A DNA stretch of 64,000 bases, taken from assembly GCA_965209055.1 (NCBI GenBank), contig OZ242374.1:4384001-4448000 (forward strand), given 5' to 3'. The notes under the pieces are model-generated. The model saw nothing but the letters and a program-made list of their open reading frames with translations, was not told the DNA's origin and ran no database searches. This DNA is from Acidobacteriota bacterium. Its GTDB lineage: Bacteria; Acidobacteriota; UBA6911; RPQK01; JAJDTT01. Positions 28,812 through 37,832 of the stretch are shown piece by piece; the stretch's first letter is position 1; each line of letters opens with the position of its first letter. Position numbers and translations under genes: made by a program.

Positions 28812-29711
28812 ATGGCTGATCTCCTACCTGAACGGACGGTCCAGACGGGCACTCAAGCCATTCGTCTCAGAGCCCTCACAACCATCGGAGAAATGGATGA
28901 GGTCGTCGACCTGGAGGAACAGATCTGGGGGTATGGCGCACCCGGATCCGATTCCCCCTACCCCGCCCGGGCCCTGTTCGCCGTGGCCGAGAGCGGCGGG
29001 CTGGTGGCCGGCGCCTTCGCCGGCGGAGATCTGGTCGGCTTCGCCCTCTCCTGGCTGGGATCGGAAAACGGGACGCGAGTTCCCTACCTTCACAGCCAAC
29101 TCATGGGCGTCCTCCCCGCGTACCGTTCCCACGGGATCGGCTACCAATTGAAGTTGTTCCAACGGGACTACGCTCTGGACTCGGGCCTTGAACTGATCAA
29201 GTGGACCTTCGATCCCCTTATTGCGGCGAATGCGCACTTGAACCTGAAGAAACTGGGATCCGTGATTCGGTCGTACCTCCCCAACTACTACGGGAACCTG
29301 CAAAGCCGCTTCACCAGGGGAATCGCTTCCGACCGGGTGTGGGTGTCCTGGTTCGTCAAGTCGCAACGCGTCCGGGGAAGGGTTGACCGCTCGTCCTCGT
29401 CCACGTCAATGGTTGCCGGACTGCCCCGGGCGACCCGGGTGAAACCGGATCCGATCAGCGGTCTTGCACGCCTGTGCGGGTTCCGGCTCGACCTGGATTC
29501 GAAACGGCTGCTGGTGGAGGTGCCCGGCGCCTTCGGCACGCTTCGAAGAACGGAGCCGAAGCTGGCTCGGGAGTGGCAGCGAAAGATCCGTGAAATATTC
29601 GTCCACTACCTGAAAAGGGGCTACTGCGCCTCGGATTTCTTTTTCATGGACGGCCGGAGCGCCTACCTGCTGGATCGCTCACCCCTGTCCCGGATCCTGA
29701 ATTCAGAATAG
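28812..29711 (+). CDS. GNAT-family N-acyltransferase
   Basis: YLHSQLMGV, R..GIG, WTFDPL..NA.LN..KLG and SDR motifs. Confidence 0.85.
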   Translation: MADLLPERTVQTGTQAIRLRALTTIGEMDEVVDLEEQIWGYGAPGSDSPYPARALFAVAESGGLVAGAFAGGDLVGFALSWLGSENGTRVPYLHSQLMGVLPAYRSHGIGYQLKLFQRDYALDSGLELIKWTFDPLIAANAHLNLKKLGSVIRSYLPNYYGNLQSRFTRGIASDRVWVSWFVKSQRVRGRVDRSSSSTSMVAGLPRATRVKPDPISGLARLCGFRLDLDSKRLLVEVPGAFGTLRRTEPKLAREWQRKIREIFVHYLKRGYCASDFFFMDGRSAYLLDRSPLSRILNSE

Positions 29712-29754
29712 CTTCGATTGACCGGTGTCCGGGAACGTAGGACCATAACAGCCC

Positions 29755-31197
29755 GTGGGTTTCTCGCTCCTGGACTACGCCATCCTGGTCCTCTATCTCC
29801 TGGCCACGGCCATCCTGGGCATCCTGCTGGGCCGGGGCCGAAAGGACCTGGGTCAATATTTCCTGGCCGGCCGGAATCTCTCCTGGTGGGTCGTCTGTCT
29901 CTCCATCGTCGCTACCGAGACCAGCACCCTCACCTTCATCGGGGTCCCGGCCCTCTCCTACACCGGAAATTTCACCTTCCTCCAGTTGGTCTTCGGGTAC
30001 GTCGTGGGACGTGTACTGGTCAGTTTTCTCCTGGTGCCAGCCTACTTCAGGCAGCGGCTCCAGACCGCTTACCAACTCCTGGCCTACCGTCTGGGGAAAG
30101 GGGTGAGAAAATTCTCCGCCTTCCTGTTTCTGGGAACCCGTTCCCTGGCGGACGGAGTCCGTCTCTTTTCCACCGGGCTGGTGCTTTCGGTGGTCACCGG
30201 AATTTCCGACTTTTGGGCCGTGCTGCTGATCGGCGCCGTCACCGTCGCCTATACGTTTTACGGAGGAATGCTGTCGGTCATCTTCAATGACGTCGTTCAG
30301 CTGGTCGTCTACCTGTCGGGAGCCGTCATCGCCCTCTACGTCCTGCTGGAAAAGATTCCCGGAGGATGGTCCCAGGCCATCAGTGAGGCGCAACTACACG
30401 CCAAGCTGCAGGTCTTCGACTTCGATCTGGCTCTCGCCACCCCCTACACCTTCTGGGCAGGCCTCGTGGGCGGCGCCTTTCTCACTCTGGCGACCCATGG
30501 CACGGACCAGATGATGGTCCAGCGCTATCTCTCCAGCGGCACCCCCCGGCGCAGCCAGATCGCCCTGATCGCCAGCGGCGTTGTGATCCTGGCGCAGTTC
30601 GCACTCTTCCTTCTCCTGGGAGCTTTGCTGTTCGTCTTCTACAGGCACTTCCCTCTGGATCAGGCACTGGTCCAGACCGACCGGATTTTCCCCATCTTCA
30701 TCGTCCGGGAGTTGCCCTCGGGAATCTCGGGGCTGATCATCGCGGCCATTTTCGCCGCGGCCATGTCGACCCTGAGCAGCTCCCTGAACTCCCTGTCCGC
30801 CTCCTCCATCCACGACTTCTACCGCGGCTGGCGGCGTGGAACCGAAGCCCACTACCTGCGGGTGTCCCGGCTGCTGACCCTGGGCTGGTGCGGGATTCTG
30901 GTGGTCATCGCCCTGCTGGCCAGGAACTGGGGGTCCGTGCTGGAAGCGGGCCTGACCATACCGAGCCTGACCATGGGAAGCGTGCTGGGTGTGTTTCTGC
31001 TGGCTCTGCGCCGTCGCAGCATCACCCAGAGGGGAGCGCTGACAGGCATGGCGGCGGGACTTGCCACCATGCTCGTGATCCACTGGACGGGAGAAGTGGC
31101 GTGGCCCTGGTATGTTCTGGTGGGAACCGGCGTGACCTTTGCGACGGGATGGATCGCCTCCCGATTGGGTGGCGGCAACCCGGCCCCGGGTCACTGA
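29755..31197 (+). CDS. Sodium:solute symporter (SSS)
   Basis: YFLAGR, SIVATETS, GTDQ..VQRY and AAAMSTLSS motifs. Confidence 0.92.
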   Translation: MGFSLLDYAILVLYLLATAILGILLGRGRKDLGQYFLAGRNLSWWVVCLSIVATETSTLTFIGVPALSYTGNFTFLQLVFGYVVGRVLVSFLLVPAYFRQRLQTAYQLLAYRLGKGVRKFSAFLFLGTRSLADGVRLFSTGLVLSVVTGISDFWAVLLIGAVTVAYTFYGGMLSVIFNDVVQLVVYLSGAVIALYVLLEKIPGGWSQAISEAQLHAKLQVFDFDLALATPYTFWAGLVGGAFLTLATHGTDQMMVQRYLSSGTPRRSQIALIASGVVILAQFALFLLLGALLFVFYRHFPLDQALVQTDRIFPIFIVRELPSGISGLIIAAIFAAAMSTLSSSLNSLSASSIHDFYRGWRRGTEAHYLRVSRLLTLGWCGILVVIALLARNWGSVLEAGLTIPSLTMGSVLGVFLLALRRRSITQRGALTGMAAGLATMLVIHWTGEVAWPWYVLVGTGVTFATGWIASRLGGGNPAPGH

Positions 31198-31211
31198 ACA
31201 TCCGGCAAAGG

Positions 31212-31865
31212 CTATTCGATCTCACCGTGGCCGAGCATCACCATGCCCAGCGTCAGAGATCCTGATCGGGCGACCAGCGTCCACTGGTCCATGTCGTTCT
31301 TGACGAGCGTGGGGCCGCTGACCTCATCGTAGATGGGGAAGAGGCTGAGAGTGGCGGGATGCCGTCCGACGGCGGCTTCGGCGCTGGCCTGCACCAACTC
31401 GTCCGCGCGGTATTCCGTATCCGGGTCTTCATCCATCTTGGCAGGGATCATAAGAAGAAAATCCCGGTAAATGGAAACCCCCATGTGAGCGCCGTCCTGC
31501 GGCTGGACGGCATAGCGGAGGGTATAGACGCCAGGTAAGATCGGCAGTTCCTTGTAGTCGGACCATTTGGCCGGAAAGCGGACGGCGCCAACCAGGGTTC
31601 CGACCTTCAATTGCCCGAAACTGACTCCCAACTCCGTGGACGGCGACGATGCCTCCGGCACATCCGCTCTCAACCAGAAATCCGCAAATGGTTGTCCGCC
31701 CTGCAAGACGCGCAGAGCTTCCGGCTGGAGAGAGTCCCGAACCTTCTGGGAAAGCTCCGGCGGCGGGTCGACCTCGGCCGTCTCCACGGCCAAGGGTCCT
31801 TCCGCACCGAAGGCCGGCGCAACAACGATACCGACCAGGATGATCGCCAGCAGCCTACGGGACAA
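31212..31865 (-). CDS. Hypothetical secreted protein
   Basis: Signal peptide (..VAPAFG); GVYTLRY..QP.DG.H.G motif; same strand as the DUF1326 gene; start uncertain. Confidence 0.65.
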   Translation of the reverse strand: MSRRLLAIILVGIVVAPAFGAEGPLAVETAEVDPPPELSQKVRDSLQPEALRVLQGGQPFADFWLRADVPEASSPSTELGVSFGQLKVGTLVGAVRFPAKWSDYKELPILPGVYTLRYAVQPQDGAHMGVSIYRDFLLMIPAKMDEDPDTEYRADELVQASAEAAVGRHPATLSLFPIYDEVSGPTLVKNDMDQWTLVARSGSLTLGMVMLGHGEIE

Positions 31866-31912
31866 GATACAAGTTCTTTCGTGAACTCGCCGTCCGATTC
31901 GCAACGGGTTCC

Positions 31913-32575
31913 TCAGCGCGTGAAGCTCCCGACGAACGCCCCGCGGGTTCCGTAGGTTCCCCAACTGCTCCCCAGGCCGTCTCCCTGGAACCTATGGGAG
32001 AGAGTAAAAGCCGGACGGGCATCGGCCACCTCGGTCAACGGCGGATAGTAGACCGTCTCGTTGCCGCAGATATGGTCGTGGTGATTCAGTGCCCGGGTCC
32101 GGAGGGAGGCGATGTCTCCCGCCTGCAGGCGCGCAAACGTTTTGGAAGCGCCGAATTCAAGAGCGATGGGAGCGCGTTGAACCTGAACCACATTCTCCAT
32201 CAGTTGCGGAGCTTCGGTCCGGACGAACGCCAGCAGGGCCTCCTCCTGATCTCCGTCCGCCCGCTCGTCCACCACGATCAGAGACCGGGAGGAACGGTCC
32301 ACGGCATGAGGATCACCCAGGGTGGACGCGGACTTCACGATGGCAAGCACGCTGAGTCCCCGAAGCGAAACGCCGTTCCAACTCCCATGGCGCACCCGCC
32401 ACGCGAGCATGGCTTCTTTCCCCGTCAGATTGACTTCCGCGTTGGCGAAACAGGGCCCGGTGTAAACGTCCGTCGTCCGCACCTCCAGGTAATCTCCCGA
32501 GATGGTGGCGTCGGCGGCCACCAGAGGCGTCATGACCACGGCCAAGGTCAAGCAAGCAACGATTCCTGATCTCAT
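31913..32575 (-). CDS. DUF1326-family secreted protein
   Basis: GDYLEVRTTDVYTGPCFAN, W.V..G...GV.L.GL, VDERA...Q and HICGNE motifs; signal peptide. Confidence 0.75.
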   Translation of the reverse strand: MRSGIVACLTLAVVMTPLVAADATISGDYLEVRTTDVYTGPCFANAEVNLTGKEAMLAWRVRHGSWNGVSLRGLSVLAIVKSASTLGDPHAVDRSSRSLIVVDERADGDQEEALLAFVRTEAPQLMENVVQVQRAPIALEFGASKTFARLQAGDIASLRTRALNHHDHICGNETVYYPPLTEVADARPAFTLSHRFQGDGLGSSWGTYGTRGAFVGSFTR

Positions 32576-32722
32576 ATCTGACCCCCTCTGTTATTGAGTC
32601 CTTATCCTAACAGATGCACCCGTCGGACAATCCTGACCGTCCAACCCGAACCGGGAGCGACAGATTGTGCGCAACCCACCGATTGCAAATCGAACCTGGT
32701 CGGCACTCTTATCGAGCCACGA

Positions 32723-32932
32723 CTACAAGGGATCGTGGCAACCCCTGTCCGATTGGCACTTCTCCTCGTTCGCCAGGTCCCCGTCGGGTCCCAGGCAGGT
32801 CATGGTGTCGTTGCACCAGAAGAAAGCGTCATTGCTTGGAGGCACCGTGAGGTCCGGCGCCGCCTCGACGTACATTCCCTTCCACCGCAAACGTCTGCAA
32901 AGTTGAAACTTGATCTGCTCCACGTCCAACAT
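32723..32932 (-). CDS. Small 5-Cys protein (69 aa)
   Basis: SD GGAGGAG; starts 2 nt after the FAD-subunit stop; C..LRWKGM, FWC..T..CLGPD, C..RGC motifs. Confidence 0.7.
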   Translation of the reverse strand: MLDVEQIKFQLCRRLRWKGMYVEAAPDLTVPPSNDAFFWCNDTMTCLGPDGDLANEEKCQSDRGCHDPL

Positions 32933-32934
32933 GA

Positions 32935-33924
32935 TCAACTCTCCTCCATCCCGGCTGCCCGGAGCACGGCCCGTTTGACGGCCACTCGAGCCAGTTGGAT
33001 CTTGTACTTGTTCCGGCTCAGCGCCCGCGCGCCTTCCACGGCGGCGTCACCGGCACTTTCCGCCGATTCCCGGCTGACGGCTTTGCCTTGAAGAGCCATG
33101 CCGGCCTTCTCGGAGACCCACGGCACCGGAGCGACATGTCCCAATACGACGCGGGCTTGACCGACGCCGCCGCCGTTTTCGGTCAGCGAAACGGACGCCG
33201 CGGCCAGCGGCCAGTCCAGCGCCTCCTTCTCCCGAACTTCGTAGGTGGCGTTCCGCGTTCCCGAGGCCGCCGGAACCACGATCCGGGTCAGGATCTCGTT
33301 GGGGGACAGGACGTTCTCCCGCTCACTCTGGGACCCGGGAGTCTGGAAAAAATCCTCGAGGGCGATTTCCCGGGCGCCGGAGACTCCCTGGATCGTCACC
33401 TTGGCTCCGAGTGCGATCAGAGCGGGAGCCAGGCTCGAAGCATTGACGAATTGCGCCGGACCGTCGTTGCCCAAAATGGCGTGGTAGCGATTGTCTCCGT
33501 CCGCGACCATGGACTTGCCGTTCATTTGCGCCAGCAGTCCGAAACCCCGGCGAAAATACCAGCAGCGGGGCCGTTGACAGAGGTCGCCGCCGACCGTGCC
33601 GGCAGCCTGGATCTGCGCACTGCGAATACCGTCCAGAGCCTGAATCAGCGCCGGATAGTGGGTCTGCACCGAATCCTGGGCGGCCAGTTCGTCCAGGGTC
33701 GCGACGGCGCCGATACTGAGTCCGGCGTCCGAGTCGTAACTCACCCCTTGGAGATCTTCAATGGATTTGATGTTCACGAGACGCCCGGGGGTCACGACGT
33801 AGTCCTTCATCAGACTCAGGAGATCGGTTCCGCCGGCCAGCACGGCCGACTCTCCTTCGTTGCTCCCCAAGAGGCGAACGGCGTCCTGGATCGAGGTTGG
33901 GTTGGCATATTCGAAGGCTCGCAT
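32935..33924 (-). CDS. Xanthine dehydrogenase-family FAD-binding subunit (YagS/PaoB-like)
   Basis: AGGTDL, QI...TVGG, QRPRCWYFR, LG.VAPVPW and NKYK motifs. Confidence 0.9.
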   Translation of the reverse strand: MRAFEYANPTSIQDAVRLLGSNEGESAVLAGGTDLLSLMKDYVVTPGRLVNIKSIEDLQGVSYDSDAGLSIGAVATLDELAAQDSVQTHYPALIQALDGIRSAQIQAAGTVGGDLCQRPRCWYFRRGFGLLAQMNGKSMVADGDNRYHAILGNDGPAQFVNASSLAPALIALGAKVTIQGVSGAREIALEDFFQTPGSQSERENVLSPNEILTRIVVPAASGTRNATYEVREKEALDWPLAAASVSLTENGGGVGQARVVLGHVAPVPWVSEKAGMALQGKAVSRESAESAGDAAVEGARALSRNKYKIQLARVAVKRAVLRAAGMEES

Positions 33925-36056
33925 CAGGCAGCTCCTCCTTTCTCAAGGGCTTCCAATACGCGATTGGGGGTCACGGGCATGTACGGCACGCGCACGCCGA
34001 TGGCGTTGGCCACGGCATTCGCTATCGCCGCGCCGGTGGAGATCACCGGAGGCTCACCCAATCCGATCACGCCCCGCTTGTCGTACTCGGGTCCCGTCAT
34101 CATGTGCACGACCAACTCGCCGATGTCCCCGATCCCGGGCAGTTTGTAGAACTCCATGTCCGGGTTCAACATCTTGCCGCTCACCGGATCCAGGACCTTC
34201 TCCTCGCACAAGGCGTAGGCGATTCCCATGATCAAGGAACCATAGACCTGGCTCTCGGAGAGCTTCATGTCGATGATCAGGCCGCAGTCCTGAACCGCCA
34301 CCACCTTGTTGATCTTGACGATCCCCGTCTCCACGTCCACGGAGACGTCCGCCATCTGAATCCCGCCCACGCCGCTGTCGCTCAGCTTGCCGGGACCGGG
34401 ATTCTTTCCGGTCGCGCTCATGGGGCTGGGACCGATGCGGGCCGCCGCCTGCCTCCAGGAGAGGCTGCGGGCCGGATTGCCCTTGACCTGCACCCGCCCG
34501 TCGACGGCCTCCAGTTGATCGGCCGAAGCGTCCAGGGACGGAGCCACCCGTTCCAGCAACTGTTCCAACGCGTTGACCGCCGCCCGGCGGGTCGAAGAGG
34601 TCACGCCTCCGACGGTGGTGCTTCCTCCCGATCCTCCCGAGGCGGGAAAACGGCTATCGCCGATCTTCACGCTCACGGCATCGAGGGGGAGGTCCAGGGT
34701 CTCGGCCAGGATCATTGCGACGACCGTGATGGTGCCCGTGCCCAGGTCCTGACTCCCCAATCGTGCTTCCACGTTTCCGTCGGGAAAGATCACGACTTCG
34801 CAGTTGCTCTGATGAGCCCTTCCACCCCAGGTGTGGAGGCCCAGCCCGAGACCCCGCTTGACGGGGCCGCGTCCACTGTCTCCCCGGGGGTGCCAGTTGC
34901 GCCGCCAATCCATGAGGGCGGCCCCCACTCTCAACTCCTCGGCATAGGTGTCGGCTCGAGGTCCCGTAATGGAGACGTTCTTGAGAAACAGATCCAGGGG
35001 ATCCATCTTCAATTCGGCCGCCAGATCCTCCAGGGCGCCCATGGTCAGGAAGCAGGCCTGGGGATGGTTGGGCGCTCGCCAAGCTCGCGCCGTGGCCTTG
35101 TTGATGACGATGGAATGGTGCGTCTGCTTCCGGTTGGGAACCTGAAAAACGTAAGGGACCGGCGGACTGCCGCGCGAACCGGAGATCCCGCCGGAACCCC
35201 ACGTTTCCGAGTTCCAAGCCGTGATCGTACCGTCGGATTTGGCGCCGACCTCGATTTTGGCGTAAGCCGAGGGGCGGTCTCCCGCAACGGCCAACTCCGC
35301 GTCCCGCTCCAGGAAGAGCTTGACGGCGGCGTTCTCCTGGCGGGCCAGCTCGGCGCACTCGATACCCCAGCGATCGGCGCTGAACTTGCTCCCGAATCCT
35401 CCGCCCATGTAGGGAGTGATCACCCGCACGTTGGCGGTCGGCAGGCCCAGCTTGTCGGCAAACTGGCCGGGCAGGCCCGAAACCGCCTGGGTGGAGCACC
35501 AGGCATTGAGCTTGTCTTCGCCTTCCCACTCGCAGACCTGGCCGTGAGACTCCATGCAGCAATGGGTGATGGCGGCAATGCCGTAGTACCCCTTGCTCCG
35601 GACGTCCGCCGAAGCCATGGCGCCGGCCGGATCTCCTTCGGTCTCCTCCCTGGCGACCTCCTGGTCCGGAGCGCTGGCCCGGTCCTCTTCCGTGACGAAA
35701 TGGGAAAGAACTTCGTAGTCGACCTTGATGGCCCGAACTCCGTCCTCAGCCGCCTCTTCGGTCTCGGCGGCGACGGTCGCGATTTCGTCCAACTCCCACT
35801 TGATCTCGGTGCCGACCCCCTGAATCACCCGGACGGCCTTGACACCCGGTACGGCTTCGGCGGCCGAAGTGTCCAGGCCGGTGATTCGAGCGTGGGCATG
35901 AGGACAGCGGAGGATTCTCGCGAACAGCATCCCGGAGCGGTTGACGTCGTAGGAGTACTTGGCCACTCCCGTCACCTTGAGAGGCCCATCCAGACGGGAG
36001 ACACTTTTGCCGATGTACCTCCTCTTGGAAGCTTCCGGCCATGAGTAATCAGCCAT
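33924..36056 (-). CDS. Xanthine dehydrogenase-family molybdopterin-binding subunit (YagR/PaoC-like)
   Basis: KVTG.AKY, GGGFGSK, WRAP, QDLGTG, SGGSTT and GLGEPP motifs. Confidence 0.93.
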   Translation of the reverse strand: MADYSWPEASKRRYIGKSVSRLDGPLKVTGVAKYSYDVNRSGMLFARILRCPHAHARITGLDTSAAEAVPGVKAVRVIQGVGTEIKWELDEIATVAAETEEAAEDGVRAIKVDYEVLSHFVTEEDRASAPDQEVAREETEGDPAGAMASADVRSKGYYGIAAITHCCMESHGQVCEWEGEDKLNAWCSTQAVSGLPGQFADKLGLPTANVRVITPYMGGGFGSKFSADRWGIECAELARQENAAVKLFLERDAELAVAGDRPSAYAKIEVGAKSDGTITAWNSETWGSGGISGSRGSPPVPYVFQVPNRKQTHHSIVINKATARAWRAPNHPQACFLTMGALEDLAAELKMDPLDLFLKNVSITGPRADTYAEELRVGAALMDWRRNWHPRGDSGRGPVKRGLGLGLHTWGGRAHQSNCEVVIFPDGNVEARLGSQDLGTGTITVVAMILAETLDLPLDAVSVKIGDSRFPASGGSGGSTTVGGVTSSTRRAAVNALEQLLERVAPSLDASADQLEAVDGRVQVKGNPARSLSWRQAAARIGPSPMSATGKNPGPGKLSDSGVGGIQMADVSVDVETGIVKINKVVAVQDCGLIIDMKLSESQVYGSLIMGIAYALCEEKVLDPVSGKMLNPDMEFYKLPGIGDIGELVVHMMTGPEYDKRGVIGLGEPPVISTGAAIANAVANAIGVRVPYMPVTPNRVLEALEKGGAA

Positions 36057-36684
36057 TGGTCCCTCCTTTCAGGGCCCCTGCCGCCTGCATCACGGCCGGG
36101 CGAATTCCGGCGTAGGTTCCGCAGCGGCAGAGGTTGCCCCCCAGACCGGTGTTGATCTGGTCCAGAGTGGGATTGGGGTTCCGGTCCAGGAACGCCTTGC
36201 ACGCGATGACGAATCCTGGCGTGCAGAATCCGCACTGTTGGGCATCGTGATCCACGAAAGCCTCCTGAACAGGATGCATTCGGTCCGGGGTCCCCAGCCC
36301 CTCGACGGTGGTGATGTCCTTTCCCTGAGCCTCGATGGCCAGCGTGGAACAAGAATAGACCGGTTGATCGTCCACCAGGACCGTACAGGAACCGCAGGTC
36401 CCGCGATCGCAGACTTTTTTCGCCCCGGTCAGGTCCAAATGGTTGCGAAGCGCATCCAGCAGGGTCGTCCTGGGTTCCAATTCCACCCGGTGTTTCCGTC
36501 CGTTCACCTTGAGCTTCATGCTCATGGCTCCCGGACCCTCGACCCCATGGCCCGACATCGCCGAAGGAGCGCCGCTGATCCGCTGCAGCAACCCCGTGGT
36601 TACGGCGCCGGCGGCGCCTCCTCTCAAGAAGGCACGCCGCGAAACGTTCGCGGTCACGTGTTCTTCTTTTCCATTTTTGCTCAT
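36049..36684 (-). CDS. (2Fe-2S)-binding subunit with Tat signal (YagT/PaoA-like)
   Basis: SRRAFL twin-arginine motif; CDRGTCGSC, QCGFC and CRCG. Confidence 0.92.
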   Translation of the reverse strand: MSKNGKEEHVTANVSRRAFLRGGAAGAVTTGLLQRISGAPSAMSGHGVEGPGAMSMKLKVNGRKHRVELEPRTTLLDALRNHLDLTGAKKVCDRGTCGSCTVLVDDQPVYSCSTLAIEAQGKDITTVEGLGTPDRMHPVQEAFVDHDAQQCGFCTPGFVIACKAFLDRNPNPTLDQINTGLGGNLCRCGTYAGIRPAVMQAAGALKGGTNG

Positions 36685-36885
36685 GTGGCCTCCTTCACAA
36701 CATTGTCGCTGTTGGCAGGTGTTTCCCACCCACTATAGAGCCTGTTTCGATTACCTTGCAAGCCTTCGGCGGCGGCAAAATCTGCCCGCCGCACGAACCG
36801 GGACGCACTGCCTCCCGGAGGCGCAATGGAAACGCAAAAAGTCTGGACGATCCCGAAAGGAAAAGGCGGATGCAGCTGACCAGCC

Positions 36886-36978
36886 TTACTTGGAGTGGGA
36901 GTTCTTACGGATCTGGTGACGGCGCTTCCGGCGAAGCTTTCCGCGCCGCTTTTTCTTTTTCTTAAGTACGCTACCCAT
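36886..36978 (-). CDS. 30-aa basic microprotein, bS22/COX24/AURKAIP1 (DUF1713)-like
   Basis: MGSVLKKKKKRRGKLRRKRRHQIRKNSHSK; upstream extended -10 TGG-TATCAT. Confidence 0.65.
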   Translation of the reverse strand: MGSVLKKKKKRRGKLRRKRRHQIRKNSHSK

Positions 36979-37242
36979 GATGTCTTGGAACCGCGTGATG
37001 ATACCAGAAGAGCAACCGGCTCCACAAGATCGGACCGGTCGCACGGGTTTCCCGGCCCTGGTCAATTTGGGAAGAACGGGAACAACCAAGGTTCGCTGCA
37101 GCCGGAACCGGACTTGAGAGGTCTGCTAAGATGAACCTCCGGCCGCCGCCTTGGACTGCTGCGTCGAGCCGCATGGCGGCGGCGCCTCGATTCAAACTCC
37201 GCGGGGAAGGCGCACGAGCGGCCGAGCGCGGGAAACGAACCC

Positions 37243-37740
37243 ATGACCAGACGGAGTGGAGCATCGCAGGCCGATTCCGGCGATGCCGAGGTGGTCCTCT
37301 ACACCGACGGCGCCTGCAGCGGAAATCCCGGTCCCGGAGGTTGGGCGTTCGTCCTGGAGCACCGCGCCTCGGGCAAGACACTGGAAGACAGCGGCTCGGA
37401 ACGGCAGACGACCAACAATCGAATGGAGCTTCAGGCAGTGATTCAGGGTCTCTCCAAGTTGACCCGGCGCGCTCGCGTCCACGTGGTGACCGACAGTTCC
37501 TACGTCGAGCAGGGAGCCACGGATTGGATCCACAAATGGAAGGCCCGCGGTTGGAAGAAGAGAACCTCCGGAAAGGGGCCGGTCAAGAACCAGGATCTCT
37601 GGGAGCAACTGGACCGGGTTCGGAACAGGCACGACGTGAGCTTCGAGCGCGTTCGTGGACATGCAGGACACCCCATGAACGAGCGTTGCGACGAGCTGGC
37701 AGTGGCGGCGTACCAGCACCTCAAGGAGAGCCGGTGGTAA
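37243..37740 (+). CDS. rnhA: Ribonuclease HI
   Basis: YTDGACSGNPGPGG, TTNNRMEL, TDS.Y and GHAG..NERCD motifs. Confidence 0.96.
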   Translation: MTRRSGASQADSGDAEVVLYTDGACSGNPGPGGWAFVLEHRASGKTLEDSGSERQTTNNRMELQAVIQGLSKLTRRARVHVVTDSSYVEQGATDWIHKWKARGWKKRTSGKGPVKNQDLWEQLDRVRNRHDVSFERVRGHAGHPMNERCDELAVAAYQHLKESRW

Positions 37741-37832
37741 ATGGGAGCGCTGCGGTCCGCACCTCGACAGGTTCGTAGTGCGGCTGTTCCGGTCTGAAGG
37801 CAATCAGGCCCTCGGCCCAAACCACTTCCCCC

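Noticed and set aside
33897-36044. 715-aa plus-strand ORF
   Set aside because: Antisense shadow of the molybdopterin subunit; no motifs; typical of high-GC codon bias.
36979-37242. GC hairpin GCCGCCGCC..GGCGGCGGC as a possible ncRNA
   Set aside because: No tRNA, SRP, 6S or tmRNA hallmark recognised; compatible with an ordinary divergent promoter region.
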